From Phoronis australis (lineage: Eukaryota; Animalia; Phoronida): a stretch of DNA of 64,000 nucleotides. Positions 26,037-39,300 of the stretch are shown here, piece after piece (the first letter of the stretch is position 1; the number at the start of each line of letters is the position of its first letter). The notes beneath the pieces were generated by a model. It ran no database searches, was not told where the DNA came from, and saw only the letters and a list, made by a program, of their open reading frames with translations. Where the stretch lies: contig NMRA01000018.1 in the NCBI GenBank assembly GCA_002633005.1, positions 315,892 through 379,891 of the forward strand. Reading direction: 5' to 3'. The position numbers were made by a program, and so were the translations under genes.

Positions 26037-26795
26037 ATGGCTGTCAATTCCACACAGCCATGGACAATGGCCATCACAGACCTCAGTGTAAGGCTAGGGA
26101 ACAACACAGACCTCAATGCATCTCAGATGGTGACTGAGCCGAACTTTATTAAACCGATGGTGCGGTTTGGTCGGGGAAGCACAGACTTTACACCGCCACA
26201 GAAACTGGACACTATCAACTTAGTAATGACTGTATCTGGCGTTGTAGCATTTATTATTGTATGGGTCGTATGCGCATTGATATTCTGTAAACGAACGCGA
26301 AACGGCAACCTAACGTTAAGTGACCACCAGTGCAGGGAGAGCGAAAGTGTGGACGAAGACAACGTCCAATCGGAACAAATGGAAAATGAAAAGAAGTACA
26401 GTCCTCCGCCATACGAAGTTGCTGTCAAGATGGCCAAGCCTACAAAGACCTCTGATAGACAGGATGTGGCAAAGGAATCCAAGACCTGCCAAAGTTCAGC
26501 GATCTCTCTATGCGTACCAAGCACTAGCTGCAATAACAATGTTGGCAATCCCAGCACAGAAGGTACTCAAAGTCAGAAAATAGTAAACGTTATTGTGACT
26601 ATAGAGCAATATAGCACAGTCGATAATATAGGTACTTCCAGGATCATAAGTGCCGAGATCAATCCTCAAACCAATGCGTTGGTTGGCATAGACAACCCAG
26701 GATTCGTAGACGATTTACCCAACTACGAGACCGCACTAGCGATTGTAGCGTTGACAGGTCACGTGAATGACAGGAAGCAAGTCACTCATTTGTGA
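26037..26795 (+). CDS. Uncharacterised single-pass membrane protein, 252 aa, with PPxY and LPxY motifs (putative WW-domain/Nedd4-family adaptor)
   Basis: Longest ORF in the window. Strong acceptor (branch ctaat, then tttttttag|26009); in-frame TAA at 26013 upstream of the ATG. N-glycosylation sequons NST, NNT and NAS; TM helix LVMTVSGVVAFIIVWVVCALIF followed by CKRTR; PPPY, DNPGF and LPNY in the tail. Candidate AATAAA at 28291. Confidence 0.85.
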   Translation: MAVNSTQPWTMAITDLSVRLGNNTDLNASQMVTEPNFIKPMVRFGRGSTDFTPPQKLDTINLVMTVSGVVAFIIVWVVCALIFCKRTRNGNLTLSDHQCRESESVDEDNVQSEQMENEKKYSPPPYEVAVKMAKPTKTSDRQDVAKESKTCQSSAISLCVPSTSCNNNVGNPSTEGTQSQKIVNVIVTIEQYSTVDNIGTSRIISAEINPQTNALVGIDNPGFVDDLPNYETALAIVALTGHVNDRKQVTHL

Positions 26796-29450
26796 TACCG
26801 GGAGAGTTTCAGGTAGACAGTGTAGGTGTTCTGCGAGGGTATGTGGTTATAACGTTGTAATTTATTTTATAGAAACGATGACTGAATGGATGCAGATTGA
26901 ATAGTCAAAATTGTTACGTACGCAAGACAAGTCTTAGTGCGAAGATGAAAAATCATTTAGCAGTCGAGAAGAAAATGCAAGTAAGAACATCCTGTTTCAT
27001 TTTCTTGTGAAATCATTAATTGCATGATTATTCACTTTGAGTTTGAGGAAGATCATGTTTGTATCATTAATTCTAGTATGTTATGGTCATAAAGTCTAAT
27101 TCATTTACTGAATTACCACCAATTAATATAATTTTCAATGACTAGAATCCTAGAATTAAGCACATAAATGCAAGTATAGTATGAAATGTATATTCTGATA
27201 AAAGTCATCCGTGACTTCAATTTTAACTTAGTTTTTGAAATTTTAGAATTACAATTTTATATTACACCACCGTCATTTATAGGAATGTCAGTAATAACTA
27301 CAATCATGAATCTTTTTCTGGACAATTGTTGCTTTATTACATACACGTTGTCCTACCCAGTCAAAGGAGGCAGATGGTCCCCACAATGTCAGTAACAGAT
27401 CAACGCTTGTCCAGAACAACAAAAGATTTTTAATTTTTATTTATTATTACAAACTAAAACTTGGTGTCTTGAAAGTTTTTGCAAGCTTTGTAGCTCCTGC
27501 ACCAACTCCTATTTCATCCTTGCCTCAGAATAAGGTAACGTCATTTTCTAATTTTCATAAATCATTGCCGTGTATCAATAGAAAAACGTAATGATAACAT
27601 AGGCAAGAAACATATTAGGATTATTTAGTTTCACTATTTAAAGTGTTGCAAGCCACAGCCTAGCAAGTGCCTTTCAAACCATGCTTGGTTCAACACCCAA
27701 GTATGTCTAACATTGGGTGAATACTTGGAGTTTGTCTTAATTGTTGTGGGGCCCTAAGCGAGATTTGACTGAGGGTACTCTTTCACAGCAGGTAAGGGTA
27801 TATGCTGTAGAATGAGCAACGCAAGATCAAGCAAAATCCGGTGATTGATAGTCTAGTCTAAAATGTTTTGCAAGTGAAATAACCACCACACAAGTGAGAG
27901 GTCAGGGAGGCTTAAATGTTGAGTTAAGGGAAAAAATTCACCGTTCCTTTCCACGAGCCAAATTTTTTTTCACAATTGCTCTCACAAGTGTCTAGAACTT
28001 GAAAATGCACCTCAACGCCCACCGTTTATTATTATGGGCCCCCAAAGTCCTCACGGGTGCTGAAGCAACCACTAATTTGGTGTGTGTGTGTGTGTAATAT
28101 ACATATTATGTATATGTATAATTATGTATTATATGTATATTGTACAAAATATGTTAGACAGTGCACGATTTCTTAAAAACACACCCTACCATAGTTTATG
28201 TTGAAAAATCTCTATTAACTGTTTATTCTGTGTTATTCTCCGCAGCAAAATTTGTTGTTTGCAACTTGTCAGTGACTGTTATGTTGTTTAAATAAACCAA
28301 ACAAGTACACAATTGGAGTTACGGTATATTTTCCCAAGGAGCATCAGGCAAAAATAGATCAAAGTTCTTGGACATTACAGAAACATCGAAAGAACATTCC
28401 CCAACCACAACTTCTCACTCATCTTCAATAAGTGTCACAACACAGGTCAGTTAGATCCGATTGGTCAGAAACAAGTAGGCGTAGCGACAAGTCGTTGACC
28501 GCCCAGAAAAAAAACAACTTGTCAGCTAATTTGTAGAAGACCAGCAGATGATCGTACAACCGACAGCAGCACCTACTTCAATGAAGCTCTTGAATATTCC
28601 TTTTTAAAAATGTTTTTTGTTCTTGCTTCACTTCCAGTGTTTTTTCATTTCCATCAGATTGACTATAATTATGGAGCGCGTTTAAAAATACACCACAGCA
28701 TGTAGTCAGGATTTTCTACTTGTACCCTATAAGGACCTAAGTGACAACCATTGTACGGACTGAGACAACCACTCGTGGCAGACAGTTGACTAGATGACCG
28801 GTCGCAACTTGTTGCTAACCAGTCGGGACAAATATTTCTTGATTTTTGCTGTAGGCATCCAGACTATAACATGCTCCAGACTACGTCACGTTGGAATAAG
28901 ACCTGCATAACACCAGCAGTTTAACATATCCTACGCTAACCAATCTGAAAGTGTATCCGTAGATCATTAATTTTAAGAAAGTTACCCGTGAAAATGAAAA
29001 TGCAAAGAAAGTACCTTTCGGGAGTGTTTTACCCAGCTCTACATCCTGGTAATTTCCAGTGAAAACACACACTACATAACATTGACACGGTGACAGTGAG
29101 GTAAATTCCAACCCTCTCGCCCACATGTTCACGAATACGAAGTGATTAGCATGTAAATACAACAGAACTGATTTGAAACACAACAATTCATTCATCCCCA
29201 ATGTTAAAAATAAATAATCTCCCGACTGCCATCAACAAATATTCATGACTTCACCCTCAAATACATGAAATGTAACGTTTATTTCAAAAATGAAAATTCA
29301 TGTGTATAAGTAAGACCATTGCAATCATTGCCACACACCCTGACAAAAAACACAAATGGGTGGCTTCATATTCACTAGGTGGCGCTAATTCATCAACATG
29401 AAATCATTTGCGTACCATGTGACTACCTAAGCGAAATATTTCTATGACTA

Positions 29451-29946
29451 CAGTGCTCGAAACCTAGCTTGGCGACTTAGGGAAAATCCCAGGTCGCTAA
29501 ATGAAATCTGAGGTCACCAAAACTGACGTCGAAATCATTGACAAAAAAGGTTGTCCCAAACTCAGTTCTAAGAAACTTATGAAATACCTCTTCAATTTAT
29601 ACCAGTAACAAATACGTACCATAATTTCTAACTCACCGATTTTGCCTGATTTTGACAGAACAATACCGATCTGTTTATTTCCTGTTGCAATAAGCACGTG
29701 ATGTGTAGTGGAAATGCAGATTTCACGACATAAATGGAATAGTGAACCAAAGGTATTAAATCTAGAAAAAACGTTCGTAATTTCAAGTTTGGAATTAAAC
29801 ACAAACTTTGAAATGAATTTCGGGGAATTATTGTCCGTTTTTGATACTAGCAATGGCGAGTTCATGGTGACTTAGGACTTTTCCCATGTTCCTAAACATA
29901 ATCTGAGGTCACAATGGCGACTTGCATGTCGCCAAATCGAGCACTG
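29451..29946. mobile_element. hAT-like MITE
   Basis: TIR cagtgctcga...tcgagcactg and subterminal tggcgac motifs; no clear 8-bp TSD. Confidence 0.7.
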
Positions 29947-30230
29947 AACTAGGACCCAGCTGCACATGCGCCACCTAGTGGTTTTTTGAGTTCCACATTC
30001 ACAGAAGTTTATACACCATAACTTGATGCACTCAACATTTTGTGCACTCGTAGGACTTCATGAACAAGTAAATACTAAAAAGTAGCCAACTCAAAACGAC
30101 TGTCACTCATTACTACAAGACACCTTCAATGAAAACCGTCGGCATGGATTAAGATACAACACAAAAGTTTTCAGCTTTCTTTTTTATCAAACTGAGAGTT
30201 ATGAAAACTTATGCAATAGGTGGCACTTAC

Positions 30231-30396
30231 CTCCAGGTCTTGAACAGCATGGGCGAACTCATCGACAAACACGCCACGCTGGTCACCAAGCACGAGGCGA
30301 GAGAGAAGACCAAACGGCATGTCACACTGGTCAAGTGGTACGTAGTTTATGCAAGCCGAGATCACGTGACGCAGGACATGGTGCTTGGAATAGGCA
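30231..30396 (-). CDS. STK36: STK36 coding exon 22 (...[13 protein letters not shown]...), last exon found
   Basis: 166 nt, phase 2/0, pyrimidine-rich acceptor, GAG|gtaagt donor. Confidence 0.9.
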
Positions 30397-33300
30397 CTAG
30401 CAGGGGAAGGGGAGACAAATCTGATTAGGCTGATTACACCAGCAGCATTGTCAGATTAATGTTTTTTTTTTTCGAAAGGCAGCCATGTGCAAAACACTGC
30501 TGGATATACCACAAGGCATTTTAGGAAGATTGGAACTGTAAGTGGGTAGGCAAAATATGCGAAAGAACTGGATGGATTGATTAAATGTTAAAATTTTAAA
30601 ATGTCATTTGCACTTTAATCTGAGTTCACTTATTGACAGAGGAAACGCCTGTCCCACATATTATTTCAGTCAGCATGGCTATCTAAAAAACGGTAAATAA
30701 AGCAGTCTACGTCTCAGTGTATTGACTTATTTGAGTCTTCCAAAATAGAGGCCAATTTACAAAATTATCATTTAAGTCAATCAAAATTTTGTGAAGTCAG
30801 CCCATCAATGTAATACTGCGTTCACATGGCATAAGAGCACATGGCAGATCTGCTACCAGATCAAACAGATGATCAACAACCTGCTCTCAATTTCCAAATC
30901 AGAAACCGCCTCCTTACAATCATGGTGAGAAAGCTACATTCCCATGTTTTCATACCCCATACAGCCGTAATTTGTAATTTGCTGTAAGGCTGGGTTTCTT
31001 AGAGGTGATCATACAAGACAGAATTGTATCTGGAACATTTCTGATACGCAAAATATGGCAAATGCTTAAACTGGTCGTGAGATGATTATTAGAAGGATGC
31101 CTTTGGGCGCACAAATGCTCATTGCAACCACAAAAGTCTCACAAATTAATTTTAATACTTTGTGAGGTCACGGCTCAGGCTCAAATTGCACAAACACATT
31201 CAAGAATTTCAAAAAAAGATCACAAATACTTCAAGAATGTTAGGGAATCAGCATGAAATGAGCTAGGAATATGCCAAATACATAAAATTACTTTAATTAG
31301 TTCTTACTTGCTTTGAGCATGCTTTATGAGTATCCGTGTGATTTGTGAGATTCAGAGCTAATTCCTGATCAAGAATACACATGAATGTGAAACAATCCAT
31401 TTCAAATCAATTACTATGCTTATGTATAAACCACAAACTTTATTATTAGTATACGATCACAATTTTCAATTCATGAACCAGTCCACAAATTTATTTGAAC
31501 AGCTCACAACATTTGCCACAAACTTCTGACCACTTGTGAATAAATTCAAAAAAAATCAATAACGAATTCTGTCAAAAAGTCTCTTAATCCAACTGTAATT
31601 GAACCACAGGTAAGCAAAAAAATAATTGGTAAGGATTCATAGTCTCTGCAGGGAAAGACAAGACCAACTGGAGTGCAGTGAAATTGATTGATAAATTAAA
31701 ATTTCCTCAGCATCTCCTCAAAGCAAACACAGAAGCAGCCAGGCACTCATGATGAACATTGCACAACAGAGTTATGTAATATGTTGCATAACACAGAACA
31801 GTGTTATGTAATCAGTTGCACAACACAGGATAGAGTTCAACAGCTGTCTTGCAGCAAAAAAAATCTAGCCAAAATCACACAAACGTCGTGCTCTCATTAA
31901 AAACACACGACACTATGATGCGTAATCTGAATTTTTAGCAAGGTCCTAGTTATTGAACTCTACCCTGGATTCACGCTGGTGCCTTCCATGTGCCATTGGT
32001 TAGTTTGTATTCTCACTCCGCTAGCCATGGTTACTGAAGCCAGTGTTTGAACGTCATTGATGTTACACAATGCAGCAATGTGAAAGTATGAGATTGAATC
32101 AAACAACCAAAGGCTGTAGTGAAATCATGAAGCAAACGTACTTATAAATTCCTTGAAGCAAGTCGTCGTCGACATCTACAGCAAAAGGAAAGCAGTAGAT
32201 CTGGGTAAGTTGAAGAACAAGGTCGGTGACGAATGCAGCTCCGCTGACATCACCATAGTTACTGGAAAACGAGAGTGTCAATTGGTTTGGCGTTACCTAT
32301 AGTCTGCACCTTTACATCACGGAAAACTGTTTTCACTTAAAGCTTAAAGTGGCTACAAACCCGCCTTTTGATTTAGATCACTTACAGTTACAAAATTGTT
32401 TTCAAATTATTCCTTAGTCAAATTGACCTATCGCCAGGATTTTGAGTGACAGCTTAACTGACCAATTTGAACGCAGCATTCTTGACACACCTGTTCGTTT
32501 CCAAGCTGCCAACATGTTACTGGAACTGGGTAAAGCTTATTGTCTGTTTGTCGACACTTTGCAAGGGAGCAGAGATTGCGATAGGTCAACTGGCGGTGAC
32601 GTTAATGCTAGCAAACGACTGACAGTTTGTCATTGCATGAGACCAGGCTCCACAAGTTGGTCGTTTTATGCAACAAACATGGTTTCAATGCATAACAAAC
32701 TGTTCATTCTTGGCAAACTTAGAAATAACATATCAAATGAGTAAGGAACAAGTCCAGACCAATTTTATAACAAGACGTGGTCTAAATCTGAAGTTCTCCT
32801 CTTGGAAAGAACGCCGATTTATTGTCACTTCAAACTAGTGTGAAAATTCAACTATTGTCCATCAAGTTACTGGATCCTAAATTGACAAGGCCATTCTAAC
32901 TAAAATCCCATTACTTAGAGAGAGACTTCAAACAAGTCAAAGAAGAGTGAAGTGTTTAAACTAGTGCCAGCAGTATATAGTGAAGCGGGCAAATCTCACC
33001 CTTTGTGCATGATGTCCAAGAACTGTCCATTAACCATATGAGCCAGGGAGCTGTTTATCATACCGTCAACATTACCTAGACTGGGTATACACAGTAAGGT
33101 CTCCTGCAAAGTAATACTCAATACAATATTACTCTGTCGCTACTAAGAGTTATGATGTTGTTAGGTTCATAAAACAAGAGTTTTTAGAAATTTAATACAT
33201 CTTTTATTCACCTGAAGACATAGCCCTGACAAACCATAGTCTTCTTGGTTATATCCCAGTACTGACACTGTACTGACAGCGGCAATGCAAACTTCCGGTA

Positions 33301-36300
33301 ATAAAAATAACATCGAAATAAACAATAACCTGTGCCTCCATTGATCCCCGACTGGTTTAATATTTTTATGCTTTACATTCTTGAAAGACAAAACAGATCC
33401 CACATGGCCAGTTTCCATAGGTAGTAACCCCATATCCGTTTGTGCAGCATCACCGCCATGGTCTGACGTGTCATACCACTCACATTTTCAGACAACCGAC
33501 AACACAAGGCATGCATTATGTTGTTCCAAGATTTCCATATTTGGTAATAGTATCAAGGGAATACCTGAAGCACACAAACATTCGAATACAGGAAGACATC
33601 ACAACTTCAAAATAAAAACTAACAAGAGCAACGCAGAGCGTTGAAAGGTGCCCCCAATTGCACTGTATACGGTATCCTTCTAGGGTTGTTTATTGGTACC
33701 ATAAAGTGGCCAGTAGAGGGCATATATGTAGTATGTTGTACTATGCAAAATGGAAAGGCATGGTCATCGTCTCCTCAATAGGCTAGGGGCAAAATGTGAG
33801 TGATCTTCATAATACAAGCACATCCTATACATCAGTTGCTTAAAGCACCACAGAAACATAGAATTAAAAACAAATTTAGCAACATACGAGATTAGCACAG
33901 CATTAGAACGCCAGAAACAAATTTCTACTTGGAACTTTTCCTTCATAGTCACTAAGTAACACAAAGTATACACCTGAAGACCTACGAAAATACAGAGGTC
34001 AATGTAAAATACTTAAATTGCCACTAGAGGCATACCGGTAGTCAGAATCATCCTAAAGTCGTCATCGTCCATTGTCAATATCACATAAATACACTTGCTA
34101 AATTTAGTAAAGATCCTGCAAACGGTTTGGGAGATACAGCCATGGGCGCAAAAAAAANAATAAGTTCGAGTTTAAACTCGAAATTTCGAGTTTTTACTCG
34201 AGTTTGTAGCACGAATATAAGGGTCTTCAAGGGCAAACTTGAACTAGAAACTCCTATGCATAAACTATAATGTATTCGAGCATAGTCTGATAACCAATTA
34301 TCTTAAGTTCGCACAAAAGGAGCAGAGAAATTGCCAAAAATAGTTTCGAGATTAGAGACCGGGCCCTGGATTCACACTGGTGCCTTCCTTGTGCCATTGG
34401 TTAGTTTGTATTCTCACTCCGCTAGCCATGGTTTCTGAAGCCAGTGTTTGAACATCACTGCTGTTACACAATGCAGCAATGTGAAAGTATGAGATTGAAT
34501 CTAACAACCAAAGGCTGTAGTGAAATCATGAAGCAAACGTACTTATAAATTCCTTGCAGCAAGTCGTCGTCGACATCTACAGCAAAAGGAAAGCAGTAGA
34601 TCTGGGTAAGTTGAAGAACAAGGTCGGTGACGAATGCAGCTCCGCTGACATCACCATAGTTACTGGAAAACGAGAGTGTCAATAGGTTTGGCGTTACCTA
34701 TAGTCTGCACCTTTTATCAAGGAAAACTGTTTTCACTTAAATCTTAAAGTGGCTACAAACCCGCCTTTTGATTTAGATCACTTACAGTTACAAAATTGTT
34801 TTCAAATTATTCCTCAGTCAAATTGACCTATCGCCAGGATTTTGAGTGACGGCTTAACTGACCAATTAGAACGCAGCATTCTTGACACACCTTCGTTTCC
34901 AAGCTGCCATTATACCCGACAAACAACACGTTACTGGAACTGGGTAAAACTTATTGTTTGTTAGTCGACATTTTGCAAGGGAGCGTAGCTTGCGATAGGT
35001 CAATTGGCAATGACGTCAATGCTAGCAAACGACTGACAGCTTGTCATTGCATGAGACCAGGCTCCACAAGTTGGTTGTTTTACGCAACAAACATGGTCTC
35101 AATGAATAACGAACTGTCCATTCTTGGCAAACTTAGAAATAACATATCAACTGAGTAAGGAACAAGTCCAGACCAATTTTATAGCAAAACGTGGTCTAAA
35201 TCTGAAGCTCTCCTCATGGAAAGAACGCCGATTTATAGTCGCTTCAAACTAGTGTGAAAATTCAACTATTGTCCATCAAGTTACTGGATCCTAAATTGAC
35301 AAGGCCATTCTAACTAAAATTCCATTACTTAGAGAGAGACTTCAAACAAGTCAAAGAAGAGTGCAGTGTTTAAGCTAGTGCCAGCTGTATTTAATGAAGT
35401 GGGCAAATCTCACCCTTTGTGCATGATGTCCAAGAACTGTCCATTAACCATATGAGCCAGGGAGCTGTTTATCATACCGTCAACATTACCTAGACTGGGT
35501 ATACACAGTAAGGTCTCCTGCAAAGTAATACTAAATACAATATTACTCTGTCGCTACTAAGAGTTATGATGTCGTTAAGTTCATAAAACAAGAGTTTTTA
35601 GAAATTTAATACATCTTTTATTCAGCTGAAGACATAGCCCTGACAAACCAGAGTCTTCTTGGTTATATCCTAGTACTGACACTGTACTGACAGCGACAAT
35701 GCAAACTTCCGGTAATAAAAATAACATCGAAATAAACAATAACCTGTGCCTCCATTGATCCCCGACTAGTTTAATATTTTTATGCTTTACATTCTTGAAA
35801 GACAAAACAGATCCCACATGGCCAGTTTCCACGGGTAGTAACCCCACATCCGTTTGTGCAGCATCACCGCCATGGTCTTACGTGTCATACCAATCACATT
35901 TTCAGACAACCGACAACACCAGTCATGCATATGTTGTTCCAAGGTTTCCATATTTGGTGATAGTATCAAGGGAATACCTGAAGCCCACAAACATTCAAAT
36001 ACAAGACATCACAACTTGAAAATAAAAACTAAAAACCAAAATGTAAAACAAAAGAGGACAAAGATATAGAATTTTACTCATCAACTCAATATGCAGAGAT
36101 AAAACAAATTACAAATCTTACGTGAGTGAAGACTGATATCACCAGCTGTAACACTCCTACAAGGCCTTGAGGGGATAGCAATGTCCAATCAGGCGGCTCT
36201 ATGACAGATTTGTGCTCGGCTGCTTCCATATCCTCTACAGACATGTGGTGGACATTAAGGACTTGAGTCAGCCGGTGCCAGAGACAGGTCCAAATGGTGC

Positions 36301-39300
36301 TCTCCACATACATACGCGCCATTGGAATGTGACCCTGCAATACAATGGGCAATCAATTTACCACAGGAAAAAATTGAATCAACAAAAAAAAAACTTGGTG
36401 AAATGTTTTTCAATACCATGGAAAACAAGAGAATCTATCAAACAGTAAGGAAATTAAGTTGGACCGAGGTCCTACATTACCCGAGGGAGAAGTTAAAATT
36501 TGATGCAACAATAATGAGGGCCAAAAATGTGTTCTGGCAATACCATGGGATTCAGGAAGAAAATTTTTGACCCAACACAGTGAAATGGGAGAGCAAGTTG
36601 TAACGAGTCCCAGCAATACAAACGGGTAAAGATAATGTAGCATTATGAGCCTATCATACACTGAGAAAGGAAAAGTTGACATACTTATTATGTACAATAT
36701 ATAACAATCAAATCCACATCAAAGTGCATTGTTCAACTTTACCTTAAATTGATATGATACATTAGGCAAATACATGAATTTGAAAAACTAATGCCATGCA
36801 GACAACTGTGGCCATTTCTCTGCTTTCATCCACATCTCAGTTTTCTATAGAGGACAGCATCACCCTGAACGCGGACTTCCTCTCTGGGCTTTTTTGGCTC
36901 ATTTACAAATCAACCTGAGTGACTTAACTGAAACATCGTTTCCACCCATTTCTGTTTTTCCATTTGTGCATCAGTCTTTATGCAAAAAACACCCAGAATT
37001 CAAAGGACCCACTAAGATACAATTAATTTATAACTTGTGCTTGCTTTAAATGAGAGTCCACCAGCACACAGACTAAAAACACGACTCAAAAACAACAACA
37101 CGACTGAATCTGCTAATTGGTATGGCCTGAGAAGAGTCCTTTGAGGATGAAATTACGTAACCTATCTAGTGGTGACGCATGTTTCAGGCTCCGTCAAATC
37201 TCTGACATTAGGCCTTATGATATGGTGTATTCATAATGCACATTAAAACCCACCAACTTCACGTACCCCAGATATCTGCAACATCTGACACATGAGCAAT
37301 ATAAGGCCATCCAGGACTCCGTAGTCAAAGGGGCAGCGGACACACATTTGGGTTAGGTCAGTGAATACTGAGAGGGTGGCGGCGATCATGTCCTCGGGGG
37401 ACACCTCCACAGTCACGCCCCCATACACCATCTGACTGAAGAGAAGGGCTGCTGCGGCCTACACAAGAGAAACAACTGTATTAATTTGGTAACCTTACAA
37501 ACATCATATCTCAAAAATGGCAGATTGGATTCATACAAAACTTATCGATACTATGATTTATGCACTTTTCTCCATAACGCTGCTAGGTACTGTTTTCAAA
37601 TATTCCATTTTTGCACGAGAGGCTATCGAAGTAGGATTTTTTTATTTTTATGAAAAAAATCTAAAGTTGCATAAAACAAAAATGAACGGACAATTTAGGA
37701 ACAACAATAACAGCTATTTTGGGCTTTAAGGGAGTAACTAGTGCGTATATTGACTGAGAATACTGAGGAAGGTTGTAAATCATGGAAGTCGTTCACACAC
37801 AATAGGCTGTTCAAAATTTACGTGCAAGTTCAGCGAAAGCAGTTCTTTGTAAACCCTGCTCGTAGTCATACAACTGTCCCAGTTGGACTGGGTAACTACA
37901 CACAGCTTAATGAAGGCTTTATGGTCCTGGCTGAGAAGATAATTGTTTGATTACCAACTATGTGGATCCATGAACAGATGAGCCCGGAATGGCATCTTGG
38001 AGATTTTACCTTTGACATAAATACATCACACCGTTGTTTTACCACGAATGTACCTTTCTTTGTTTTAAAAAAAATTCCAACAAAAGCAAGGTCATGCGAC
38101 CCAATTAGTGGCAGATTGGTATAAAGTCAAAGATAAAATCCTGAATTTATACTTTCAGAAAACACACACTTTTACTGAAGATTTAAATTCTCTAGCTTCG
38201 TAGGTATTTGGCTAAACGCACATATTTGAAGACAAGATTCTACATAAGAAATTTACAGAGCTCGTTTCTACTTCATAAATTTGTACAAAAAGTGCTATCA
38301 ACTAGCCTTCAGTCAAAACTAACGTTTAATAGGTCACTTATAATGACAGGACTAGTCTAAACTTTTCCCTTACTCAACTTTGAAGTGATTTATGGACTGA
38401 GAAAGAACTTTATTGTTTGCGGCACAGATGAGTAACTCAACTTGACCTAGTTAAAATAATGATCTGTCAGTTCTTCTCAAGTCCAACCAATTCTAATCTG
38501 AGTTAAAGGACCAGCGTATGTAACACAATTTTTGTCAGGAGGTTTCACGATTTGTTATCGGCAGCAAATTATCGTGTAGTTGAACCAGCACACAAAACAA
38601 TTTTTTTTTGTCATGAACCAGCGTGCATTATACGAATCCTATAAAATCGGCAGCATTAGCGATGAATACTTGTGTTGTGCGCTGGCCTTAAGGAACAAAC
38701 CGGGACCAGTAAAACAGCGGTGAGTTGGCGAAACACACATTACTTTTGCTAGAAAAATTTAAATTACTGAGTGAATGCAAGTCATGCAATTTAACATCTG
38801 ATAAATTTTGGTTGGGACAAATTGCCCTTCTAACTGAAGTGCAAAAAGCATGACATTTGACCCATCAAGAGACAAAACAACACATGTTAGTCAGTCATCG
38901 CATACCAGTCACGGCAACATGATCGACTAGGTTATTTGCAAGAACAAACCAACAAAGTGACTGTAAAAAACCCATCAGGGTACGTCGGAGAGAGTGACAA
39001 CAAAATGTACACAATTACCGTGTGACTTGCTATCTGTGACTCCATGAAGATGGTTACTAGGAACACTGTTGATTCTATCACACTGAAAGCACGAAAACAG
39101 CTATGTTGCAGTGAATTGTATCTTTTGATCTCACTTATTTTCCAGAAGCTCATTTTGCAACTGTTAGGGCAACTTTCGATTATAACATAATCAACAAGAT
39201 TAAAAATTTGATTCGAGTCTTAACACAGAAACTGATTTGGAAAGTGACATTTTTTAGTCCATGCATGCTCTTGAAACTCTTTATAACTTTATGGATCAAG

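Larger units (their letters stand above)
31963..36032. repeat. About 1.66-kb duplication (31963-33622 and 34364-36032) containing STK36 exons 20-21, with N at 34158 between the copies
   Basis: Colinear copies with scattered SNPs and indels. Confidence 0.95.

Noticed and set aside
26123-26583. 144-aa minus-strand and 87-aa plus-strand ORFs
   Set aside because: Antisense or alternate-frame shadows of the 26037-26795 CDS
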